Position numbers and translations under genes: made by a program. From the NCBI GenBank assembly GCA_028534125.1, contig CM052818.1, positions 9,674,001 through 9,738,000 on the forward strand: a stretch of 64,000 bases of DNA, read 5' to 3'. Of this stretch, positions 39,764-49,990 are shown piece after piece; positions within the stretch are counted from its first letter, which is position 1; each line of letters starts with the position of its first letter. Source of the DNA: Lama glama. Taxonomy: Eukaryota. Below the pieces are notes generated by a model. It was given only the letters and a program-made list of their open reading frames with translations. It was not told the DNA's origin and ran no database searches.

Positions 39764-41265
39764 TACAGCTATATGAATGAACAAGATAAACCTGAAAATA
39801 AATACTATTTAGAGGGAAAACATTTTGCAAATGATACATACAGTTTATAGACATTTACTTAAAGTTAAAAAATATACTAAACAATAATACATATATATAC
39901 ACAACATTGTAAAATGATTATAAATCAATAAAAATGATTATAAAAATAATACATATATATATAGTACACACACACCCAAACACTAAACTATAAAGTATAA
40001 AAATATTATATACTAAAAACCAAATAGGGACAGTAGTTACCGCAGGAAAGAAGAATGAGAGGGTTTAATTGTTGCTCTAATTTTTATTTTAAAAAATCTG
40101 AGGAAAATCTGGCAAAATGTTAATATTTCTTAAAGCTGGGAGCGAATACACACGTATTCATCATCTTACTCTCTACCAGTCTCTATATGCTTAAAATAAT
40201 TCACTTTTTTTTTAGCAGTGGGAAACGGTTAATTTTACATAAATAGAACTTTCACAGGTGGAAGAATAAAACCTCTCTCTTCCAAAGAGCAGTCCAAATT
40301 TTTTGAAGTCAAACCACTCATAAAAGGTAGCAGAGTGTCACCCCAGCTTAGCAGCACAATTAAAGCTTATTACTTGTTATGCACCTATCATTATTAAACT
40401 AGCAACTGTGTTCAAGCATCTTAATAAAAGATTACAGTATTTTAGAACGTAACATTCGAGTATGTTGCGGATTTTTACATAAGTAAAACTACCATAGGCG
40501 ATCTGACATTCGAGACTCATCATCTGAAGTAAGATGTCCAGATTCACCCAACACAAAACACTGTGAAACCCTTCTCTTTATTCTACTTTAACTTTTGAGT
40601 CCTAGATTCATTTAACGCTGATTAAAACCAAACAAAAAAACCCATAGGCCTTAGAAAAATCATACGCTATTTAGCACACAAAGCCACTCACAGGCCTCAG
40701 TTTCGAACTCCCGCTTTAAGGTTGCTTTATAAATCATTACCCGAAGTATTGCTGGAAAAGAATGCAAAGTGTATAGGCTTGAGTTCCCGTAGCATGAAAG
40801 TGACCTTTGGAGCCTTCACCAACTTCTCAAGAGATGGTCAAAAGCTTTATATAGAGACTTTGCTCCCTACTGAGCCGGGGCTGGGGAAATGCTTCGTTCA
40901 CCTGCTACGGACTGAAAGTCTACCGCTTTAAGGGAGGGAGCGAGGGAGAAGAGTCAAGCAGTTCCGTCAGAGTGTCCCACAAACAGAAGGGACAGGTAGC
41001 CGCCCCTTTTCTCCCACCGAGACCAGCGCCCAGGAGTCCCCCGAAAACGTCGTTATCGAGAGCGACCGAGTCAGAAACAGCTGACTGACATCGAAATTCC
41101 TCTCGCAGGCGCCGCCGCCCCACCTCCACCCCCTTAAAGCTTGGGAGGTGGGGGCTAAATGAGAGGGGGAGGGAGCACCTCAACCCCAGCAACGGCCTCA
41201 ACCGCCTCCTGCCAAGTCCCCGCTCCCGCCCACGAAACTCGCAGCCTGAAGAGTCGCACACTTAC

Positions 41266-41357
41266 TGAAAAGTGGGACCTGGTCCTGGTCCCGGCCCGGC
41301 CCCCGGAATCCGGCGGGTCTCCCAGGGTTTCGGGGGAGGCGGCGGCTGGGACGCCAT
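41266..41357 (-). CDS. PEX13: PEX13 exon 1 coding part
   Basis: MASQPPPPPKPWETRRIPGAGPGPGPGPTF(Q). ATG at 41357, donor CA|gtaagt at 41265, 92 nt. The four exons total 1212 nt = 403 aa + stop. Confidence 0.97.
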
Positions 41358-41604
41358 CTCCTCCGCCTCCACTCGGCTGCCGCTTTACGCTGGGACTCTC
41401 CGGGCCCGGGACACGAGCTGCTTGCGCGCCAGGCACAACTTGCAAAGCGCCGAGTCCTCCACCCGGTCCGCCCCTACAGAAGGGACGTGGCTTGTAGAGC
41501 TTTGCTGGCTGGGACTACAGTGTAGGAGTATGTATTGCACTAATTCATGGGAAGAAATGCTCTCTTTATCTGTCTTAGAAAGAATTTCCGTTCTGAACCC
41601 GATG
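41358..41604. promoter_or_regulatory. PEX13/PUS10 bidirectional CpG-island promoter
   Basis: Divergent genes with 247 bp between the PEX13 ATG and the PUS10 exon-1 donor. GC box ccgccc near 41468, GGGACTACA at 41511-41519, ETS-like atttccg at 41584-41590. Confidence 0.85.
41560..41604 (+). other. PUS10: Probable non-coding exon 1 of PUS10 (start uncertain)
   Basis: Strong donor ATG|gtgaga at 41604/41605 in the CpG island. The ATG-bearing exon at 44957 has an acceptor, so an upstream exon is required. Confidence 0.6.
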
Positions 41605-44310
41605 GTGAGAGTTCATCGATATTTCTGGTAGCGGCTACTATGACCTAGACGTCGGAGGCCCTTGGAGGCTTCTCTGGGACAGCTCGGACTCGGGCTGGGA
41701 GTAATTTTACCCCACGCACTCCTCCACCCTCGGGGGAGGTGGGGTAGGAGGCTGGCAGCCAGACAGCTTGACTGATAAACCTGCAAACAAGTAGGGGAGA
41801 GTCCACTCAGTCCTCGCGTGAAGGAGCTGGTACTTTCGTTCTAAAGCTCTCGTTTCCTTGGGGAACATAATATCTAGACGCAATAGGTGCGTTGTCTTTA
41901 GTCTTCCCCATTCCCTCTGAGGGCTGGAAAGGGTTAAATCTCAGGCTCCGGCGTCGTGGGAGAAGGTGAGGTAGGGAGGTCTGAGGTGGGGGGGGGTGCA
42001 TACTGGGTACACGAGAGGTGTGGAAGGAGGGGATCGTTTCCTTCCTGCTGGAGCGGCTTTGTTAGCAAGGAAGGGTGAGTGGGAAGTTTCTTGAACCCGA
42101 CTGACAGGGAGAAGGGCTCGCTTGGTTGCCCAAAGACTCGAGGTTAGAGCTGGGGATGAACTTTCCAGAAGTCTAGAATAGATTCCGCAGCTGAGTGTAT
42201 CGGTAGCGCGATGAAGTTATGAGCGCCCCCTTCTTTGGAAATCCACATCCCACCCCCACCCCCACAAGACGAATGACACCCTTCTGAATAGATATAAGTT
42301 TTAAAAGATCACAGGATGTGAGATTCAGTCTCCTTATTCTAATGGTTTTCACATGTCGCGCTTCTTACCCGTTTGCAATAGTTTCTGTAATCAACCGAGA
42401 GGTGAAAAAAAAAAAATCCGTCCTCTCTAGTAAATCAGGGACGGGGCTAGTTTGTGGAGAAGGCACTGGATTCCGGTAGGGATCCTGACACGTGGGAAGA
42501 GGTTCTGTTGCAATGACTTGTTACAGTTCTTTGTATAAACACGTAAATGAAAAGCAAACATCTTAAAGGCAACCAGCAATGAAAACCTTATAGCATAGAA
42601 TGCATTTCTCAGGGCTTTCCTTCAAAGAAATAAATCTAATTATAAAACAACTGATTTCTGATGTCTTATGAAATCCTGTCATTTCAGCGCTGTACACTGA
42701 GATGAAACAACCAAATTTAAGGCGTAACGTATTTTCTAATAATGTTAACGTGCCTTAGAAGTCTCTACATTGTTGTAGGTGAAAATGATCTTGAGAGGTT
42801 TGTAAGTCTATTCCTTTATTAACACATACATAAGGAAGAGAGGGGTTTTTTTGTTGTTTTTAAAGTCCTCTTCAAATTACTCAAGACGGGAGGTTTCCTA
42901 ATTCTGAACAGGTTTGGGAAGTTTTCAGAGCCAACATATTGTAATTTGTCATTTATTGACTAGTATGCTACGTTTATTCGACAGAACCTACTGGAGAAAC
43001 AAATACTTGTCTTTAAGGCAAAGGGGGAGAAAAGAATACATTTTAATACAACAAAAGTCTCCGGGGAAATCTTTGATACAAAGTACCCTTTTAAAGTACT
43101 TACTCATGAATTTATTGAGCAGGAGGGTTTGTTTGTTTCTCTTTTTGAGTTAAAGGTTAATTCTGAATTAAATGAAATCCTTGACCTCAGCTAATGAAAA
43201 GGAGAGAAGAGAACTTAAAAGGGTGAGACAGTTTCTCTTTGAGGGGAATGCAATCAGGAAAACACTTTAAAGGCTGATAATCAGTTCCTCAGAGAATCCC
43301 AACCTCTTTTCACCATCAAACTAGCAGATTAAACGGTCTGGGGGAAGAGATTCAGAGTATTAAGAAGAAGAAGAAGAATTCAGATTATTATAAATAATAA
43401 TGACCACACACTTTCATTATGTAGAGGGTGTTCTCCACATATTCTGTACTTTCTGGAGCTCAAATTTACTTAGGCAACCCTAAATCAGTGTTTCCTAATC
43501 TGTGCGTCTGAAAGTTCTCACTGGTGTGTCCATACAAGCCTGGCTTTCTTCTCTTCCCTTCCAACTCACTTGTTCATCTGAATTAGAACCCAGGCACAGG
43601 CAATCTGTTTTTATAGTCGGCCTGCTAAACTGATTTTTATGGTGAAGAGTTCCATAGAACTATCTACCTGTGTTTCCCATTATTTCGTGTCAAGGATCTA
43701 CTCCTCATAAGTGGCCACAAACATTTAGAATCTTGCAAGTAAGTAGTGGGTTTTAAAGAGTTAGCAAACACAAACTAATTCTAAGAGTCATCTTAGTAAG
43801 CATTTGGAAAGAGCTTCACCCTCCCAAAAATATTAAGCAAGTTCATTTGAATTACAAAACTGTGCAAATTAAAGGTGCCAGTCTTTTATCTGTATGACTG
43901 TAGTCATACCATACTGTACCATACAATCATGGCTTTATGAAATACCAGTAGTTCCTCATTTTAAAGTAATGTGAGCTCATTCATTAATCAGATTTTTTTT
44001 TTGCCATAAGGAATGATTAAGTAATTTAATTTTTACTACCTCTCCTTCCTGGCAGCAAGAGAGTTATATTGGATTTCCCTCCATTATCTGTGTAGTATTT
44101 ATTCCTAAGTGAGTTTGTTCAAATTGAAAAGATTTTTGACAATAACTACTCTAAAATATTTTGCATTTAATTTGTTTTTGTTGGAGTTTTGTGCATGATG
44201 AAAGCAGATTTTTCTCATTTTGTAACAGTTGGTTGTCATTTAGTTATTTTTTTTATCAAAGTAAAATAGATGTTTTTGGATATAGTGATCAGTTTGTTTT
44301 AAATACCTGG

Positions 44311-44466
44311 GCAGGGGAGGGTCTAGCTCAGTGGTAGAGTGTGTGCTTAGTATGCACGAGGTTCAGTCTCCAGTATCTCCATTAGGTAAGTAAATAAACC
44401 TACCTCCCTCTCCCTTAAATACATACATACATACATACATACACACATACATACATACATACATAC
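44311..44466 (+). mobile_element. Vic-1-like SINE followed by a (TACA)n microsatellite
   Basis: ggggagggtctagctcagtggtagagtgtgtgcttag..., then (TACA)n at about 44420-44466. Confidence 0.82.
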
Positions 44467-44971
44467 TTGATTGCTTAACCATCATTAAAGTCAGTTAAGT
44501 ATTGTGTAGAATAATCTTTATTTTTTTTCCTAGCAAACTAACTTTTAATTTCTAACAGTAAAGTTTATTGAATTTATTACTCTTGTGTTCTCAAACAGTA
44601 CTGAGTGGTACAAAATAAAAAGCAGAATTTCACTCTGTATTGTTGTTTTCATTACCTTCTTCAGAGACAGCCATTTTTTAAATTATTTTTATGTCTTTTG
44701 ATTAATTTAGTTATGTTGATGCACTTTATCATAATCTAGAATGTTAAAGTCCTGAACAACTAGAAACTCTTACCTGATGCATCTAAGAAGTTGCCTTCAA
44801 GTTTATGTTTCAATATGGATATAGTGAAAGGGACATTATTGGAGAGTACCAAATACTGATTTTCAAATATAAACTGTTATCCTTAAAGGTGATAATATAT
44901 TTGTGAAAGTAAAACACAAAAGATGCTCATTAGTTTTACTTTTTCTTCCTTTCTAGTTATAATTATTTAAT

Positions 44972-45097
44972 ATGTTTCCGCTGACTGAAGGAAACAAGCG
45001 TGTGGCCCAGTTGTTGCTCAGTACTGGTACCTGTCCAAGATGTATCTTCAGATTCTGTGGTGTGGATTTTCATGCACCATACAAACTTCCCTACAAG
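44972..45097 (+). CDS. PUS10: PUS10 (tRNA pseudouridine synthase Pus10) first coding exon; exon starts at 44957
   Basis: MFPLTEGNKRVAQLLLSTGTCPRCIFRFCGVDFHAPYKLPYK with the first CxxC. Acceptor ttctag| at 44956, donor AAG|gta at 45098. Confidence 0.96.
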
Positions 45098-45939
45098 GTA
45101 TTTTCTTTCTTTCTTTCTTTTTTAAAGTTAAGAAAGATTCTCTATTTTGAAATCAGTATCTGTATATTTAAGGGTATGTATCTGTTCATAACTCTTCATT
45201 AAATTTTTAGAGAACTATAATAAAATAATTACTGATAATGGTAATTTGAGGATTGTCATAACCATACAAATGTAAGTTCCTTCTTAAGTGATTATATCTA
45301 ACATTTAATGTAGTGGAATCTTTGTGGAGCAATTCCCTGGTGCATTTAATGTTTGTATATACCTTTCCTAAAGAACATCTAGACAGAATATCACAAAATA
45401 GTGCTTTTCACCAGATGTTAGTAAGATGTAACAGGAGTGGGTGATAGTCCTGAGATCTTCTATTAAGTGGAAGCATTGTGGGTTTGGTTGCCTTTTTTCT
45501 TTTCCTGTTTTCTATATTACCATTTGTATTTACAAATATGTATTTACAACCCTCTAGAAGTAAATGGTTATCATCATAACTGCTATTAATAACAACAAAG
45601 TAATATACTGAGATCTTTGACATTTATGGTAATATACAGAGAGCTTTGACAGTTAATAGAGTATTTCACATAAAATACATAACATTTTATGAAATATGTT
45701 TTATTCTAATAGTGATATTCTATTTAGAGGCAAATACTAATTATATATGTAAATATGTACTTATATAAACAGTACAAATACACACACAAACACATGCATA
45801 CATATACTCAGTTCCTTATAATTTTTTAAAATTGCCCAGGAGTTAGCAATAGCAGTCATTTCTCCTTTGTATTAGTTGTTTCTATTATTTTGGAAATAAT
45901 AATTATATTATTCATATAGCATTATTATATGTCAAATTC

Positions 45940-46240
45940 TCATATAATCTTCATGATAACCTATTAGGTAAGTACATACTATGATTGTCTCTATTTTCAG
46001 ATGAAGAAACTGAGGCACAGAGAGGTTAAGCAACCTGCTCAAAGTTACACAGCTATTAAGTGAGCGAGCTAGGATATGAACTGTCTGAATCCAAAGCCTA
46101 GAATTTGGAGTTAGAAGACGTGGATTTGAATCGCAGGTCCACCACTTTCCAGCTTCAATTTTCTCCTCTATAAATGGGAATGATGATAACATCCACCTCA
46201 CAGGATTTTAAGGGACAGTATGTGAAAACTCTTTGAAAAA
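45940..46240. mobile_element. Two MIR fragments in opposite orientations
   Basis: ttttcagatgaagaaactgaggcacagagaggttaag (minus MIR), then ttttctcctctataaatgggaatgatgata (plus MIR). Confidence 0.7.
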
Positions 46241-46879
46241 TGGAAATGGTACATATGCTATGTATATTCATCAATATACACTCTGACTATAAAATAGTAA
46301 GATTGATTTTGTATAACTTATACATTTTTTCAGATACATTATAATCTATTATTTTATACATATATTGTAAGATTTAAATATATAACAAGACAGTGTTATC
46401 AACTTTTGTTTGTATCATTTTATGTAAATAAACATGAAAATATTTGAGGACTTTTTCTGGGTAAACATACTTATATTTTGGTATTTTCTATTCATATAAT
46501 TATATATGTACACATACATATATCTATATTATGCTATATTGACATTATAGATTTTGGGTAACAATAAACCTATTTGTGTGGGTCATAGTATGCCTGTATG
46601 TGTATATATGTATGAGTATGTATTTCTTTTCTAAAGATTTAATAGGAGAGCTAATGTCTTAATGAAATGAATTAAATTTGAATGAGAGATTTTTCCCTTT
46701 AGAGTCAGTAAATTGTAATATTAATGAATTTCAAACGAGTATTTATTCAACAACTGAATAATAAAACCTGACTAATTTAGATGAAACAAAGAAAAAGTCC
46801 TCTGAGTATTTAGATGAGGGGAATGTCTGAAATATAAGAACAGTTTCAAAGGAATGGCACTTTTTTGTGTGTGTATATA

Positions 46880-47100
46880 TTTTTTTTTTATTGAAGTATA
46901 GTCAGTTTACAATACTGTGTCAATTTCTGCAGTCAAATGCTCTACCCCTGAGCTATACCCCCTAATACTGTGTCAATATCTGGTGCACAGCATAATGCTT
47001 CAGTCATACCTGAACATACATGTATTCATTTTCATATTCCTTTTCACCATAAGTTACTACAAGGTATTGAATATAGTTCCCCGTGCCAAGCAGTATGAAC
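46880..47100 (-). mobile_element. L1 3'-UTR end, antisense, hosting the tRNA-half insertion
   Basis: Poly(T) then ttgaagtatagtcagtttacaat...tactacaaggtattgaatatagttccc. The same element type occurs near 25990 and 31225. Confidence 0.75.
46926..46962 (-). pseudogene. Tailless retropseudogene of the 5' half of tRNA-Cys(GCA)
   Basis: Reverse complement is GGGGGTATAGCTCAGGGGTAGAGCATTTGACTGCAGA, ending 2 nt past the anticodon. Flanked by AATACTGTGTCAAT(T/A)TCTG at 46911-46929 and 46964-46982. Confidence 0.88.
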
Positions 47101-47827
47101 TTCTTGTTAGGAAAGACACTTTTTACATTCTAACACAAAGAGTGACAGAAACTAGGCAAACCAGAATGTAGTAGAGGGCTTTTTTAAATTAATTCCTATA
47201 AATGGTTTGTTATTATGGTGCCAGATTTCAGCATTGCCAGCATCTGTTTACTTTTGTTTAGTAAATTGCCTTGAAATTATTTTTACTTGATAGACTTTTA
47301 ATCTGTCTAATTGTTCAGATTTCACATTAAATATTGTATATATGATGTTTTAGTGGTTGTAAGATTATTCAAAAACCTAGGAAAGATGGAAATTCAGTTT
47401 GTATTTCTATTTGTTAATTATTAGAATTGAAGTTGGATTTTTTTTGTTTTTGTTTACTTGTTTTACTAGAATTAGCAAGTGAATGATCCTCACAACAGAA
47501 CTACAAACCAGATTAATAAATTAATAAACTACAAACCAGACTAATGAAATCTTTCTGTCTCAGATTTAGGATTTCAACTTCACTGATGTATGAAATGCTT
47601 TTGAAAAAACATTCGCAGATATATTATAGGAGTTAAGTAACTCTCTTTTAAATTCCCCAGAAAGCCAATGCTGGTTAATAAAACTAATTGATTGCTCCAG
47701 AATTGATATAAATCCATATTGTATAAATCTGTGATATGTCATAATTTTCATTCCTGTTTTCATGCTTCATCTTACCCTTACGGACATTGTCAAAGGGTTA
47801 TTCCTTTTTTAAAAATTAACTTTACAG

Positions 47828-48091
47828 GAGTTGTTCAATGAACTACAAAAATTTCTGGAAACTGAAAAAGATGAATTAGTTTCGGAAGTTCCAAACCCAC
47901 CTCCCAAGAAAATTCGACTACAAGAACTGGAAGATGGGATTGATAGGATGGATAACCTGAGTCAAAATGGAGAGGGAAAGATCTCAATTATTGAAGATGG
48001 AAGCACTGCTTCCAAGAACTCAAATTTAAATGTATGCAATGTATGCCTAGGAATTCTTCAGGATTTCTGTGAAAAAGACTTCGTTAAAACG
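47828..48091 (+). CDS. PUS10: PUS10 second coding exon (NLS-like PPPKKIRL and second CxxC)
   Basis: ELFNELQKFLETEKDELVSEVPNPPPKKIRLQELED...NVCNVCLGILQDFCEKDFVKT. Acceptor cag| at 47827, donor |gtaaac at 48092, 264 nt, phase 0. Confidence 0.96.
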
Positions 48092-48830
48092 GTAAACTTT
48101 TTTATTAATATGTAACATGTAAAGATTTTCAGTTTTAAGACCTAGAATTCATGTATTTAAAGGAACAGTGCCATTAATTTCAACCTGTCTCACACAAGTG
48201 GATCATTAGAATGTTTTCTAAATTTTTTTTCAAAAACAAAGCCTGCTATTCTCAAATTACCTTTTTACCAACATATCTAAAAGTTAATGACATATATATC
48301 CGTGAATTTCGGTTATAAATACTGTTCAACTGAACAAAAATATATCAGTTTTCCCTTTGCTGTTTAACATAGCTAAAGAGTTAGAGAAAAGCTCTTAGTC
48401 CTACCTATTAATGTCCGGAAAAGACAAGTGTTAGAACAGCCTTGTGGAAGGTACATGATTAAGTGTGGGATTGTCTTTTGTTTCCAGGTGTCAAAAGTGC
48501 CATATTTGCCTTTATTTTATTTAAAATCTCTTCTTAATTGTGAGGTGACTTACAAAAGTGTTTGATGTTCACTAGATTGTTCTGCAGATGAGTTCTGGCT
48601 GTTTGGCACCTCATGATATCAGTCTTCAGGGTCATAGTTGGCAAATACTGGATTTCAGGATGTTTGTGTGTTTCCTATTCAAAGGTAAAAGTTTGGAAGT
48701 TTAGCAGTATCATCTCCTAGACCAGAAATTCATGTTATGAAGATTAATGTAAAATTTTCAGCAATTTCTGAGACTTTGTATAATACTTCTTTATGTAATA
48801 AAAAATACTTTTTGTGTAATACTTTTTTAG

Positions 48831-48917
48831 GTGTGCAAAAAGGTTGGAGGCTCTGGGTTTGAATTCACCAACTTGGTATTTTCAGTCTCCTTCCCACCAC
48901 AGCTATCTGTAAGAGAG
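48831..48917 (+). CDS. PUS10: PUS10 third coding exon; the next exon was not found in the window
   Basis: VCKKVGGSGFEFTNLVFSVSFPPQLSVRE. Acceptor tttttag| at 48830, donor GAG|gtaagg at 48918, 87 nt. Absent from the ORF track. Confidence 0.94.
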
Positions 48918-49860
48918 GTAAGGTCATTTACTTGCATAAAATTATATGTGAAGTACACAATAGAAATTTCTCCAAAAATGGGGAAGTAGAGATATGCCTT
49001 ACTATATTATATTTTTTACATTTTATGTATTTATTGAATGATTGAAAGCATTACATCATTATAGCTGCTTGATACTGGATGGAAAAAAGGAACGATTGGT
49101 TCAAGTTAGTTTATTCATCACAAGACTGCCACCTTTTTTTGAAGGTCCTTATTCAGTAGCAGACATTCAATGAGCATTAGCTCTGTGTGAAGCATGTTGG
49201 TCAGAGAAAGAGATTTGACGAGGACTCCAGAGGTTTTTTTGGGGCAGATGTGTGTGTTTTATAATGGTCCTAGGGTAAGATCATTTCAATTATGATGAGC
49301 TTTCTTTTTCCTGGAGTAAAATATAAAAAGGTGACACCTCTTTTAGTCATTAGAAAAAGGGAGAGAAATAGCCTCATATTTCTTTTAACTTTTTTCCTTT
49401 GGTAAGTGAAAAAAATAATAGTATTTATTATTGTAACATTCTTGTGTGTCAATACTAATGTTAAAACTATCTTTGTTAATATTGCTGGATGTAGTATAGG
49501 GAGAATGACCTCTGTAATCTCAAATTACAGCATTGAGTGGTAAGCCCATCCACTTATATGTATGAGGTATCTTTTCCTCAGGAATCCCAAAGCATCACCA
49601 GAACATTACATCTCATTCCACCACTTTCTTTAGGTGAGCATGTTTATTAGCCCCCGACAGGCTGAAGCTTGCCTTAAGACTTCTTGAAGCTGGATAGAAT
49701 GGTGGAGAAGTGCTGGGAAGTGAAAAAGAGTAGAATGATTTTAAGTATTATCTCTGTTGATGACAAGATAACTGAGCAAATAGAAGAGTAAAGGGGACGG
49801 TAATGATATACTGAGATTTATAAACACTTAAAAGTCATTTTCTACTCAATTGTCAGTGCA

Positions 49861-49990
49861 GGGGAGGGTATAGCTCAGTGGTAGAGTGCATGCTTAGCAT
49901 GCACAAGGTTCTGGGTTCAATCCCCAGTACCTCCATTAAAAATAAATAAATAAATCTAATTACCTCTCCCCACCAAAAAACACAAAACAA
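49861..49990 (+). mobile_element. Vic-1-like SINE, well preserved
   Basis: ggggagggtatagctcagtggtagagtgcatgcttagcatgcacaaggttctgggttcaatccccagtacctcca plus (TAAA)n and ctaattacctc tail. Confidence 0.9.

Noticed and set aside
40920..41631. ORFs of 96-119 aa around the PEX13/PUS10 promoter
   Set aside because: GC-rich artefacts in the wrong frame or strand. The real coding part is 41266-41357 on the minus strand.
47499..47550. Direct repeat aactacaaaccaga(t/c)taat resembling a repeat-spacer unit
   Set aside because: Only two copies in a mammalian intron. A local slippage duplication, not an array.
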